Assembly (NCBI GenBank): GCA_051294905.1
Contig: CM119371.1
Coordinates: 18,974,001 to 19,038,000 of the forward strand
Reading direction: 5' to 3'
Origin: Botryllus schlosseri
Taxonomy: Eukaryota
DNA length: 64,000 nucleotides
The stretch's first letter is position 1. Each line of letters begins with the position of its first letter. The notes below the pieces were generated by a model, which had not been told where the DNA came from, did not search any database, and saw nothing but the letters and a program-made list of their open reading frames with translations. This document shows, one piece after another, positions 1-12,100 of the stretch. Both the position numbers and the translations under genes were made by a program.

Positions 1-1172
1 TCGTGTCGGGTCCACAATTCTGTGTAGAATTGTTCAATCTGGTTAGCAATAATATTACGGTCAGTCGTTACCGTTCCATCTCTGAGCTGAAGTTCTTTAA
101 GCTCAGTCTTACGCCGTCTGGTCTTCAATTCTTGCCAAAATTGTCTCGTCGTGTTAGGTTCACCTTCGCAACGGTCAATTTTGGTTAACATGCGCAATTT
201 TCCCTTTACCCTCTGATACGTTATCTGAGGATCACAAGTTTTATATTTGTCTATCTCATATCTCTTGCTTACGTTGGCAATTCTATCTTTTAGTCTGTCC
301 CACCATTGTTGAATGCCATGGCAGTGTTGGATATTATTCTCTTCAAAGCTGATGAGATTAGATATTATATCTCGGTACACGTCATCTCGCAAAAGGTCAT
401 TATTACACTTCCAATTTTTTCTTCCCCACAGAGTGCTTGGCTCAATTGCGAGTGTTATTGTCGGACTTATGTGGTCAGCCACAAGGTTATTTTCATGCCC
501 TGCATTCTGGACATGGCTCATGAGTTCACAAGATGCGTAGAAACGATCTAGTCTCCTCGCGGTTTTTCCAGTGACGTAAGTGAATACTTCGGCAAGAGGA
601 TGTTTACTCCTAAACACGTCAATCAGTTCCGCGTCATTAGTTAGCTTTTCAAAGTGTCTCTCGGCGCTTCTGACATGGAGGCTCTGTTTAATTCGAGTGT
701 CTTTTTTGTCAATAATTAGGTTGAAATCACCACCCATTATAACCGGGACTTCAATTTCATGGATTTCTGATTCTAGTTTGATTAGGAAATCGTCACGTAA
801 CTTTCTCGCATCTGCGGATTGTCCAGACGGGGCATAAATATTTATTATAGCTATTGGGCATTTGTCAATTTGAATGCAGAGGCATTGGGCACGGTTTTCA
901 ATCATGCTATAGTGGCGCAAAATTTTACCTTCGTGATGTTCTTTAATCATTATCGCAGTGCCAGAGTATTGTCTCACTTCGTTCTTTGTGTTGAAGTAGA
1001 TAATAAATCCGATTTCCGCTGCCCAGTTACGTATATCCACATTATCGATCTTATGCGTTTCCTGAATCAATAGTATATCCAAATTCGATGTCTGTATATA
1101 TTGTTCCAAATCCTGTAGTCTGTTTGATAATCCATTTACGTTAATCGATGCTATTTTCAATAGGTTCGCCAT
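1..1172 (-). CDS. ORF2 N-terminal APE endonuclease domain (RT expected beyond window edge; absent from ORF track)
   Basis: Manual translation from ATG at 1172: MANLLKIASINVNGL...DILLIQETH...INIYAPS...IMGGDFN...RLDRFY...ADHISP, the ordered APE/EEP motifs of L1/Tx1 ORF2. Overlaps ORF1 by 32 nt in another frame. Confidence 0.92.
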   Translation of the reverse strand, partial: MANLLKIASINVNGLSNRLQDLEQYIQTSNLDILLIQETHKIDNVDIRNWAAEIGFIIYFNTKNEVRQYSGTAIMIKEHHEGKILRHYSMIENRAQCLCIQIDKCPIAIINIYAPSGQSADARKLRDDFLIKLESEIHEIEVPVIMGGDFNLIIDKKDTRIKQSLHVRSAERHFEKLTNDAELIDVFRSKHPLAEVFTYVTGKTARRLDRFYASCELMSHVQNAGHENNLVADHISPTITLAIEPSTLWGRKNWKCNNDLLRDDVYRDIISNLISFEENNIQHCHGIQQWWDRLKDRIANVSKRYEIDKYKTCDPQITYQRVKGKLRMLTKIDRCEGEPNTTRQFWQELKTRRRKTELKELQLRDGTVTTDRNIIANQIEQFYTELWTRH

Positions 1173-2517
1173 TGATTCTGTTTTGGGGGTCCTGCTGGAT
1201 TATGGCTGTCTTTCTTTTAGTGTTGTCTTTTTTAATGCAATTTATATTCGGTTTTATTATCCTCACTTGGTTGCTTGTGTTGTTCCTGGTCGTTACTCTG
1301 TTTCCGTTTTGTTGTTTCGACGCTTTATCACAGCTGGCGCTCGATTTTGGTCCTTTGTTGGCATTAGACGACTTTTTACTGAGTAGCTTTTGGGCCGTCT
1401 GTGTTTCATTTGATTTGCCTGATTCGCGTTTTTTCTCGCTGACCTGAGGCTGTACGGAGTGTTCCTCTGTTGTGTCTTCATTCTCGTATGCAGCGTCCGG
1501 TGATGTGTAAGATTTCGTCATCACTGGGCTATTCGGCGCTGTTTGATTTTTGTTCGTGTCCTCATTCTGACTCATATTCAGGTCAGCTGGTTTCTCTGTT
1601 GTTATTCTCGTCGATCCGTTCGTTTCGTCGGTTATTCTCTCACCAGCATTGGGTTCGCTTGAGTTTTTTCTTACAGGTTTATCTACGATTTGATCATTGA
1701 CTCCCTCAGCCTTTTCGATTCCAGCCTCGTGTTCGTTTTGTCTTTTGCCACGTTTTGCTTTACAAGTTTCTGCGCCATGGCCTATCCTGCCGCACTTGGT
1801 GCATTCCAATTTTTCGGCTGGGCAATCTCTGATCATGTGACCCGTTCCGTTGCAGTTGTAGCAACGCTTTTGATATGCATCTGCAGCAGTCTTGATCCAA
1901 CATCTCACACCATCAATTATCATACTATCTGGCATATCTTCTTCACTGAAATCTTCCATCCAGATGTTAGTGAAGCCATTGTACCAGTTAGTATTCTTGT
2001 AAAGTACTCTTGTCTGATTGACAACCTTTCCGAATCCATATTTGTTCAGTTGTTCAACTGCTGTGTCTCTTTTTGTTTCACATGCTATGCCTTTGACAAT
2101 AAGATGTGTTGCTGGACGCTTTGGGAGCTCTATGGTTATCTCTTTAAACCTTGCTTGCGTAGGGTTTTGGCTTAGCTGCTGTAGCAATTCATCTTTTAGC
2201 TTCTTTCCACTTTTGTCTTCTTTCATTGTGATAACGAATGTTCCGGCTTTCAGTTTGTATATTCCTTCAATGTGTTCATGGTACTTTGCAGTGATGGTGT
2301 TGCTTTCCAGCTCTTTTGCTACAATATGAAGGTCAAGGTTGTCTTCTCCCCTTACGAAGTAAGACCTATTTCTCGTATTCTTGTAGATCGGTATTTCTTT
2401 CTTGGTTTTCTTGTATGTTGTTGTATTCTTTGATTTCGACGTTACTGTTGCAAATGATGGCTGTGTATCATTTCCTTCTGCTTCACTAGCGTTGCAGGTC
2501 GTCATGGCCGTCGCCAT
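1141..2517 (-). CDS. ORF1 gag-like nucleic-acid-binding protein with two zinc knuckles
   Basis: CYNCNGTGHMIRDC and CTKCGRIGHGAETC (CX2CX4HX4C), followed by a low-complexity tail. First ATG is at 2517; the track starts at TTG 2523. Confidence 0.88.
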   Translation of the reverse strand: MATAMTTCNASEAEGNDTQPSFATVTSKSKNTTTYKKTKKEIPIYKNTRNRSYFVRGEDNLDLHIVAKELESNTITAKYHEHIEGIYKLKAGTFVITMKEDKSGKKLKDELLQQLSQNPTQARFKEITIELPKRPATHLIVKGIACETKRDTAVEQLNKYGFGKVVNQTRVLYKNTNWYNGFTNIWMEDFSEEDMPDSMIIDGVRCWIKTAADAYQKRCYNCNGTGHMIRDCPAEKLECTKCGRIGHGAETCKAKRGKRQNEHEAGIEKAEGVNDQIVDKPVRKNSSEPNAGERITDETNGSTRITTEKPADLNMSQNEDTNKNQTAPNSPVMTKSYTSPDAAYENEDTTEEHSVQPQVSEKKRESGKSNETQTAQKLLSKKSSNANKGPKSSASCDKASKQQNGNRVTTRNNTSNQVRIIKPNINCIKKDNTKRKTAIIQQDPQNRINGEPIENSID

Positions 2518-2551
2518 TATCAATCTTTTACCTTTCTCAGGTGTTATGACT

Positions 2552-2623
2552 TATATCCAGTATATTTCGTTTATCCAATATATTCGGTATATCCAATATT
2601 TCGTGTATTCCAGTAATACCTCG
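2552..2623. repeat. Four degenerate 16-20 bp tandem repeats in the retrotransposon 5' UTR
   Basis: tatatccagtatatttcg / tttatccaatatattcgg / tatatccaatatttcg / tgtattccagtaatacctcg. Confidence 0.7.
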
Positions 2624-2646
2624 CCTCTAAGCTAGCAATCTTCCGC

Positions 2647-2681
2647 AGATCGGGTGTATTCAACGTGGTATGGTCGTAGGC
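2647..2681 (-). pseudogene. 5S rRNA 5' stub (nt 1-35) interrupted by the retrotransposon
   Basis: Identical to nt 1-35 of neighbouring 5S genes and in 462-bp register (2681 = 3143-462). The match stops at 2647. Confidence 0.95.
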
Positions 2682-3017
2682 GACAGTGGATACAATCTGT
2701 GCCGTTTTATGTGACATTCTATCGGGCGAAAAGTCGCCACGCTGTCAACGAGACGCCTGAAAAGCAGATTGTCTGATTGCTCGGAGGCACTTTCGGACGA
2801 ACTGGTCGAAAAACACACATATAAATTAAGCTCTCCGTGTAAGAGTTTATTTTATTGCAATTCTCGTCATGTCAAAACGGCACGAGATTGCGATAAACGG
2901 CCCTGCACAACTACAAATTGAGCGCGAGTTCATAGCTGAAAGAAGCGGCGGCCGGCAAATGATGACATTCATAGTTGTACGTGCAATCAAATTGATCGAG
3001 TTTGTGTGAAAAACTGC

Positions 3018-3021
3018 AAAA
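3018..3021 (-). terminator. Pol III oligo-T terminator (representative; second T-run at 3009-3013)
   Basis: TTTT 4 nt after helix I end, present in every unit. Confidence 0.8.
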
Positions 3022-3143
3022 GGCGGCCTACTACACCCGGTATTCCCAGCCGGTCACCCATGCAAGTACTAACCGGGCCCAACGTTGCTTGACTTCCGAG
3101 ATCAGACGAGATCGGGTGTATTCAACGTGGTATGGTCGTAGGC
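3022..3143 (-). rRNA. 5S rRNA gene, type I (first full copy; repeated every 462 bp to 33512-33633)
   Basis: Reverse complement GCCTACGACCATACCACGTTGAATACACCCGATCTCGTCTGATCTCGGAAGTCAAGCAACG...TTAGTACTTGCATGGGTGACCGGCTGGGAATACCGGGTGTAGTAGGC is a typical metazoan 5S with helix I pairing, box A and box C, followed by CGCC-TTTT. Confidence 0.97.
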
Positions 3144-3166
3144 GACAGTGGATACAATCTGTGCCG

Positions 3167-3172
3167 TTTTAT
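3167..3172 (-). promoter_or_regulatory. TATA-like upstream element at -29 to -24 of 5S (representative)
   Basis: ATAAAA at the same offset in type I, B and C flanks despite otherwise different flanks; GTAAAA in type A. Confidence 0.55.
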
Positions 3173-6100
3173 GTGACATTCTATCGGGCGAAAAGTCGCC
3201 ACGCTGTCAACGAGACGCCTGAAAAGCAGATTGTCTGATTGCTGTGAAGCACTTTCGGACGAACTGGTCGAAAAACACACATATAAATTAAGCTCTCCGT
3301 GTCAGAGTTTATTTTATTGCAATTCTCGTCATGTCAAAACGGCACGAGATTGCGATAAACGGCCCTGCACAACTACAAATTGAGCGCGAGTTCATAGCTG
3401 AAAGAAGCGGCGGCCGGCAAATGATGACATTCATAGTTGTACGTGCAATCAAATTGATCGAGTTTGTGTGAAAAAATGCAAAAGGCGGCCTACTACACCC
3501 GGTATTCCCAGCCGGTCACCCATGCAAGTACTAACCGGGCCCAACGTTGCTTGACTTCCGAGATCAGACGAGATCGGGTGTATTCAACGTGGTATGGTCG
3601 TAGGCGACAGTGGATACAATCTGTGCCGTTTTATGTGACATTCTATCGGGCGAAAAGTCGCCACGCTGTCAACGAGACGCCTGAAAAGCAGATTGTCTGA
3701 TTGCTCGGAGGCACTTTCGGACGAACTGGTCGAAAAACACACATATAAATTAAGCTCTCCGTGTAAGAGTTTATTTTATTGCAATTCTCGTCATGTCAAA
3801 ACGGCACGAGATTGCGATAAACGGCCCTGCACAACTACAAATTGAGCGCGAGTTCATAGCTGAAAGAAGCGGCGGCCGGCAAATGATGACATTCATAGTT
3901 GTACGTGCAATCAAATTGATCGAGTTTGTGTGAAAAATTGCAAAAGGCGGCCTACTACACCCGGTATTCCCAGCCGGTCACCCATGCAAGTACTAACCGG
4001 GCCCAACGTTGCTTGACTTCCGAGATCAGACGAGATCGGGTGTATTCAACGTGGTGTGGTCGTAGGCGACAGTGGATACAATCTGTGCCGTTTTATGTGA
4101 CATTCTATCGGGCGAAAAGTCGCCACGCTGTCAACGAGACGCCTGAAAAGCAGATTGTCTGATTGCTCGGAGGCACTTTCGGACGAACTGGTCGAAAAAC
4201 ACACATATAAATTAAGCTCTCCGTGTAAGAGTTTATTTTATTGCAATTCTCGTCATGTCAAAACGGCACGAGATTGCGATAAACGGCCCTGCACAACTAC
4301 AAATTGAGCGCGAGTTCATAGCTGAAAGAAGCGGCGGCCGGCAAATGATGACATTCATAGTTGTACGTGCAATCAAATCGATCGAGTTTGTGTGAAAAAA
4401 TGCAAAAGGCGGCCTACTACACCCGGTATTCCCAGCCGGTCACCCATGCAAGTACTAACCGGGCCCAACGTTGCTTGACTTCCGAGATCAGACGAGATCG
4501 GGTGTATTCAACGTGGTATGGTCGTAGGCGACAGTGGATACAATCTGTGCCGTTTTATGTGACATTCTATCGGGCGAAAAGTCGCCACGCTGTCAACGAG
4601 ACGCCTGAAAAGCAGATTGTCTGATTGCTCGGAGGCACTTTCGGACGAACTGGTCGAAAAACACACATATAAATTAAGCTCTCCGTGTAAGAGTTTATTT
4701 TATTGCAATTCTCGTCATGTCAAAACGGCACGAGATTGCGATAAACGGCCCTGCACAACTACAAATTGAGCGCGAGTTCATAGCTGAAAGAAGCGGCGGC
4801 CGGCAAATGATGACATTCATAGTTGTACGTGCAATCAAATTGATCGAGTTTGTGTGAAAAATTGCAAAAGGCGGCCTACTACACCCGGTATTCCCAGCCG
4901 GTCACCCATGCAAGTACTAACCGGGCCCAACGTTGCTTGACTTCCGAGATCAGACGAGATCGGGTGTATTCAACGTGGTGTGGTCGTAGGCGACAGTGGA
5001 TACAATCTGTGCCGTTTTATGTGACATTCTATCGGGCGAAAAGTCGCCACGCTGTCAACGAGACGCCTGAAAAGCAGATTGTCTGATTGCTCGAAGGCAC
5101 TTTCGGACGAACTGGTCGAAAAACACACATATAAATTAAGCTCTCCGTGTAAGAGTTTATTTTATTGCAATTCTCGTCATGTCAAAACGGCACGAGATTG
5201 CGATAAACGGCCCTGCACAACTACAAATTGAGCGCGAGTTCATAGCTGAAAGAAGCGGCGGCCGGCAAATGATGACATTCATAGTTGTACGTGCAATCAA
5301 ATTGATCGAGTTTGTGTGAAAAATTGCAAAAGGCGGCCTACTACACCCGGTATTCCCAGCCGGTCACCCATGCAAGTACTAACCGGGCCCAACGTTGCTT
5401 GACTTCCGAGATCAGACGAGATCGGGTGTATTCAACGTGGTGTGGTCGTAGGCGACAGTGGATACAATCTGTGCCGTTTTATGTGACATTCTATCGGGCG
5501 AAAAGTCGCCACGCTGTCAACGAGACGCCTGAAAAGCAGATTGTCTGATTGCTCGGAGGCACTTTCGGACGAACTGGTCGAAAAACACACATATAAATTA
5601 AGCTCTCCGTGTAAGAGTTTATTTTATTGCAATTCTCGTCATGTCAAAACGGCACGAGATTGCGATAAACGGCCCTGCACAACTACAAATTGAGCGCGAG
5701 TTCATAGCTGAAAGAAGCGGCGGCCGGCAAATGATGACATTCATAGTTGTACGTGCAATCAAATCGATCGAGTTTGTGTGAAAAAATGCAAAAGGCGGCC
5801 TACTACACCCGGTATTCCCAGCCGGTCACCCATGCAAGTACTAACCGGGCCCAACGTTGCTTGACTTCCGAGATCAGACGAGATCGGGTGTATTCAACGT
5901 GGTATGGTCGTAGGCGACAGTGGATACAATCTGTGCCGTTTTATGTGACATTCTATCGGGCGAAAAGTCGCCACGCTGTCAACGAGACGCCTGAAAAGCA
6001 GATTGTCTGATTGCTCGGAGGCACTTTCGGACGAACTGGTCGAAAAACACACATATAAATTAAGCTCTCCGTGTAAGAGTTTATTTTATTGCAATTCTCG

Positions 6101-9100
6101 TCATGTCAAAACGGCACGAGATTGCGATAAACGGCCCTGCACAACTACAAATTGAGCGCGAGTTCATAGCTGAAAGAAGCGGCGGCCGGCAAATGATGAC
6201 ATTCATAGTTGTACGTGCAATCAAATTGATCGAGTTTGTGTGAAAAATTGCAAAAGGCGGCCTACTACACCCGGTATTCCCAGCCGGTCACCCATGCAAG
6301 TACTAACCGGGCCCAACGTTGCTTGACTTCCGAGATCAGACGAGATCGGGTGTATTCAACGTGGTGTGGTCGTAGGCGACAGTGGATACAATCTGTGCCG
6401 TTTTATGTGACATTCTATCGGGCGAAAAGTCGCCACGCTGTCAACGAGACGCCTGAAAAGCAGATTGTCTGATTGCTCGGAGGCACTTTCGGACGAACTG
6501 GTCGAAAAACACACATATAAATTAAGCTCTCCGTGTAAGAGTTTATTTTATTGCAATTCTCGTCATGTCAAAACGGCACGAGATTGCGATAAACGGCCCT
6601 GCACAACTACAAATTGAGCGCGAGTTCATAGCTGAAAGAAGCGGCGGCCGGCAAATGATGACATTCATAGTTGTACGTGCAATCAAATTGATCGAGTTTG
6701 TGTGAAAAACTGCAAAAGGCGGCCTACTACACCCGGTATTCCCAGCCGGTCACCCATGCAAGTACTAACCGGGCCCAACGTTGCTTGACTTCCGAGATCA
6801 GACGAGATCGGGTGTATTCAACGTGGTATGGTCGTAGGCGACAGTGGATACAATCTGTGCCGTTTTATGTGACATTCTATCGGGCGAAAAGTCGCCACGC
6901 TGTCAACGAGACGCCTGAAAAGCAGATTGTCTGATTGCTGTGAAGCACTTTCGGACGAACTGGTCGAAAAACACACATATAAATTAAGCTCTCCGTGTCA
7001 GAGTTTATTTTATTGCAATTCTCGTCATGTCAAAACGGCACGAGATTGCGATAAACGGCCCTGCACAACTACAAATTGAGCGCGAGTTCATAGCTGAAAG
7101 AAGCGGCGGCCGGCAAATGATGACATTCATAGTTGTACGTGCAATCAAATTGATCGAGTTTGTGTGAAAAATTGCAAAAGGCGGCCTACTACACCCGGTA
7201 TTCCCAGCCGGTCACCCATGCAAGTACTAACCGGGCCCAACGTTGCTTGACTTCCGAGATCAGACGAGATCGGGTGTATTCAACGTGGTGTGGTCGTAGG
7301 CGACAGTGGATACAATCTGTGCCGTTTTATGTGACATTCTATCGGGCGAAAAGTCGCCACGCTGTCAACGAGACGCCTGAAAAGCAGATTGTCTGATTGC
7401 TCGGAGGCACTTTCGGACGAACTGGTCGAAAAACACACATATAAATTAAGCTCTCCGTGTAAGAGTTTATTTTATTGCAATTCTCGTCATGTCAAAACGG
7501 CACGAGATTGCGATAAACGGCCCTGCACAACTACAAATTGAGCGCGAGTTCATAGCTGAAAGAAGCGGCGGCCGGCAAATGATGACATTCATAGTTGTAC
7601 GTGCAATCAAATTGATCGAGTTTGTGTGAAAAACTGCAAAAGGCGGCCTACTACACCCGGTATTCCCAGCCGGTCACCCATGCAAGTACTAACCGGGCCC
7701 AACGTTGCTTGACTTCCGAGATCAGACGAGATCGGGTGTATTCAACGTGGTATGGTCGTAGGCGACAGTGGATACAATCTGTGCCGTTTTATGTGACATT
7801 CTATCGGGCGAAAAGTCGCCACGCTGTCAACGAGACGCCTGAAAAGCAGATTGTCTGATTGCTGTGAAGCACTTTCGGACGAACTGGTCGAAAAACACAC
7901 ATATAAATTAAGCTCTCCGTGTCAGAGTTTATTTTATTGCAATTCTCGTCATGTCAAAACGGCACGAGATTGCGATAAACGGCCCTGCACAACTACAAAT
8001 TGAGCGCGAGTTCATAGCTGAAAGAAGCGGCGGCCGGCAAATGATGACATTCATAGTTGTACGTGCAATCAAATTGATCGAGTTTGTGTGAAAAACTGCA
8101 AAAGGCGGCCTACTACACCCGGTATTCCCAGCCGGTCACCCATGCAAGTACTAACCGGGCCCAACGTTGCTTGACTTCCGAGATCAGACGAGATCGGGTG
8201 TATTCAACGTGGTATGGTCGTAGGCGACAGTGGATACAATCTGTGCCGTTTTATGTGACATTCTATCGGGCGAAAAGTCGCCACGCTGTCAACGAGACGC
8301 CTGAAAAGCAGATTGTCTGATTGCTGTGAAGCACTTTCGGACGAACTGGTCGAAAAACACACATATAAATTAAGCTCTCCGTGTCAGAGTTTATTTTATT
8401 GCAATTCTCGTCATGTCAAAACGGCACGAGATTGCGATAAACGGCCCTGCACAACTACAAATTGAGCGCGAGTTCATAGCTGAAAGAAGCGGCGGCCGGC
8501 AAATGATGACATTCATAGTTGTACGTGCAATCAAATTGATCGAGTTTGTGTGAAAAAATGCAAAAGGCGGCCTACTACACCCGGTATTCCCAGCCGGTCA
8601 CCCATGCAAGTACTAACCGGGCCCAACGTTGCTTGACTTCCGAGATCAGACGAGATCGGGTGTATTCAACGTGGTATGGTCGTAGGCGACAGTGGATACA
8701 ATCTGTGCCGTTTTATGTGACATTCTATCGGGCGAAAAGTCGCCACGCTGTCAACGAGACGCCTGAAAAGCAGATTGTCTGATTGCTCGGAGGCACTTTC
8801 GGACGAACTGGTCGAAAAACACACATATAAATTAAGCTCTCCGTGTAAGAGTTTATTTTATTGCAATTCTCGTCATGTCAAAACGGCACGAGATTGCGAT
8901 AAACGGCCCTGCACAACTACAAATTGAGCGCGAGTTCATAGCTGAAAGAAGCGGCGGCCGGCAAATGATGACATTCATAGTTGTACGTGCAATCAAATTG
9001 ATCGAGTTTGTGTGAAAAACTGCAAAAGGCGGCCTACTACACCCGGTATTCCCAGCCGGTCACCCATGCAAGTACTAACCGGGCCCAACGTTGCTTGACT

Positions 9101-12100
9101 TCCGAGATCAGACGAGATCGGGTGTATTCAACGTGGTATGGTCGTAGGCGACAGTGGATACAATCTGTGCCGTTTTATGTGACATTCTATCGGGCGAAAA
9201 GTCGCCACGCTGTCAACGAGACGCCTGAAAAGCAGATTGTCTGATTGCTGTGAAGCACTTTCGGACGAACTGGTCGAAAAACACACATATAAATTAAGCT
9301 CTCCGTGTCAGAGTTTATTTTATTGCAATTCTCGTCATGTCAAAACGGCACGAGATTGCGATAAACGGCCCTGCACAACTACAAATTGAGCGCGAGTTCA
9401 TAGCTGAAAGAAGCGGCGGCCGGCAAATGATGACATTCATAGTTGTACGTGCAATCAAATTGATCGAGTTTGTGTGAAAAAATGCAAAAGGCGGCCTACT
9501 ACACCCGGTATTCCCAGCCGGTCACCCATGCAAGTACTAACCGGGCCCAACGTTGCTTGACTTCCGAGATCAGACGAGATCGGGTGTATTCAACGTGGTA
9601 TGGTCGTAGGCGACAGTGGATACAATCTGTGCCGTTTTATGTGACATTCTATCGGGCGAAAAGTCGCCACGCTGTCAACGAGACGCCTGAAAAGCAGATT
9701 GTCTGATTGCTCGGAGGCACTTTCGGACGAACTGGTCGAAAAACACACATATAAATTAAGCTCTCCGTGTAAGAGTTTATTTTATTGCAATTCTCGTCAT
9801 GTCAAAACGGCACGAGATTGCGATAAACGGCCCTGCACAACTACAAATTGAGCGCGAGTTCATAGCTGAAAGAAGCGGCGGCCGGCAAATGATGACATTC
9901 ATAGTTGTACGTGCAATCAAATTGATCGAGTTTGTGTGAAAAATTGCAAAAGGCGGCCTACTACACCCGGTATTCCCAGCCGGTCACCCATGCAAGTACT
10001 AACCGGGCCCAACGTTGCTTGACTTCCGAGATCAGACGAGATCGGGTGTATTCAACGTGGTATGGTCGTAGGCGACAGTGGATACAATCTGTGCCGTTTT
10101 ATGTGACATTCTATCGGGCGAAAAGTCGCCACGCTGTCAACGAGACGCCTGAAAAGCAGATTGTCTGATTGCTGTGAAGCACTTTCGGACGAACTGGTCG
10201 AAAAACACACATATAAATTAAGCTCTCCGTGTCAGAGTTTATTTTATTGCAATTCTCGTCATGTCAAAACGGCACGAGATTGCGATAAACGGCCCTGCAC
10301 AACTACAAATTGAGCGCGAGTTCATAGCTGAAAGAAGCGGCGGCCGGCAAATGATGACATTCATAGTTGTACGTGCAATCAAATTGATCGAGTTTGTGTG
10401 AAAAACTGCAAAAGGCGGCCTACTACACCCGGTATTCCCAGCCGGTCACCCATGCAAGTACTAACCGGGCCCAACGTTGCTTGACTTCCGAGATCAGACG
10501 AGATCGGGTGTATTCAACGTGGTATGGTCGTAGGCGACAGTGGATACAATCTGTGCCGTTTTATGTGACATTCTATCGGGCGAAAAGTCGCCACGCTGTC
10601 AACGAGACGCCTGAAAAGCAGATTGTCTGATTGCTGTGAAGCACTTTCGGACGAACTGGTCGAAAAACACACATATAAATTAAGCTCTCCGTGTCAGAGT
10701 TTATTTTATTGCAATTCTCGTCATGTCAAAACGGCACGAGATTGCGATAAACGGCCCTGCACAACTACAAATTGAGCGCGAGTTCATAGCTGAAAGAAGC
10801 GGCGGCCGGCAAATGATGACATTCATAGTTGTACGTGCAATCAAATTGATCGAGTTTGTGTGAAAAAATGCAAAAGGCGGCCTACTACACCCGGTATTCC
10901 CAGCCGGTCACCCATGCAAGTACTAACCGGGCCCAACGTTGCTTGACTTCCGAGATCAGACGAGATCGGGTGTATTCAACGTGGTATGGTCGTAGGCGAC
11001 AGTGGATACAATCTGTGCCGTTTTATGTGACATTCTATCGGGCGAAAAGTCGCCACGCTGTCAACGAGACGCCTGAAAAGCAGATTGTCTGATTGCTCGG
11101 AGGCACTTTCGGACGAACTGGTCGAAAAACACACATATAAATTAAGCTCTCCGTGTAAGAGTTTATTTTATTGCAATTCTCGTCATGTCAAAACGGCACG
11201 AGATTGCGATAAACGGCCCTGCACAACTACAAATTGAGCGCGAGTTCATAGCTGAAAGAAGCGGCGGCCGGCAAATGATGACATTCATAGTTGTACGTGC
11301 AATCAAATTGATCGAGTTTGTGTGAAAAACTGCAAAAGGCGGCCTACTACACCCGGTATTCCCAGCCGGTCACCCATGCAAGTACTAACCGGGCCCAACG
11401 TTGCTTGACTTCCGAGATCAGACGAGATCGGGTGTATTCAACGTGGTATGGTCGTAGGCGACAGTGGATACAATCTGTGCCGTTTTATGTGACATTCTAT
11501 CGGGCGAAAAGTCGCCACGCTGTCAACGAGACGCCTGAAAAGCAGATTGTTTGATTGCTGTGAAGCACTTTCGGACGAACTGGTCGAAAAACACACATAT
11601 AAATTAAGCTCTCCGTGTCAGAGTTTATTTTATTGCAATTCTCGTCATGTCAAAACGGCACGAGATTGCGATAAACGGCCCTGCACAACTACAAATTGAG
11701 CGCGAGTTCATAGCTGAAAGAAGCGGCGGCCGGCAAATGATGACATTCATAGTTGTACGTGCAATCAAATTGATCGAGTTTGTGTGAAAAAATGCAAAAG
11801 GCGGCCTACTACACCCGGTATTCCCAGCCGGTCACCCATGCAAGTACTAACCGGGCCCAACGTTGCTTGACTTCCGAGATCAGACGAGATCGGGTGTATT
11901 CAACGTGGTATGGTCGTAGGCGACAGTGGATACAATCTGTGCCGTTTTATGTGACATTCTATCGGGCGAAAAGTCGCCACGCTGTCAACGAGACGCCTGA
12001 AAAGCAGATTGTCTGATTGCTCGGAGGCACTTTCGGACGAACTGGTCGAAAAACACACATATAAATTAAGCTCTCCGTGTAAGAGTTTATTTTATTGCAA

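Larger units (their letters stand above)
1..2646 (-). mobile_element. Non-LTR retrotransposon, Tx1/L1-like, 5' portion, inserted in a 5S rRNA gene (3' part outside window)
   Basis: Two-ORF layout: CCHC-knuckle ORF1 overlapped by an APE-endonuclease ORF2. The 5' end abuts 5S nt 35 (2647) in the same orientation. Confidence 0.9.

Noticed and set aside
3..2635. Plus-strand ORFs over the retrotransposon, and similar ones over Gypsy and Polinton genes
   Set aside because: Antisense shadows of motif-bearing minus-strand genes with no recognisable domains.
2524..2646. Retrotransposon 5' UTR rebuilding a 5S internal promoter
   Set aside because: Only short, loose resemblances (CTGGAATAC); no correctly spaced box A and box C.
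2955..3000. C/D snoRNA (ATGATGA box C) in the spacer
   Set aside because: No downstream CTGA box D or terminal stem before the 5S gene.
2682..3017. Spliced-leader RNA or U snRNA linked to 5S
   Set aside because: No recognisable leader, donor and Sm-site arrangement; only unassigned hairpins, which are reported as a finding.
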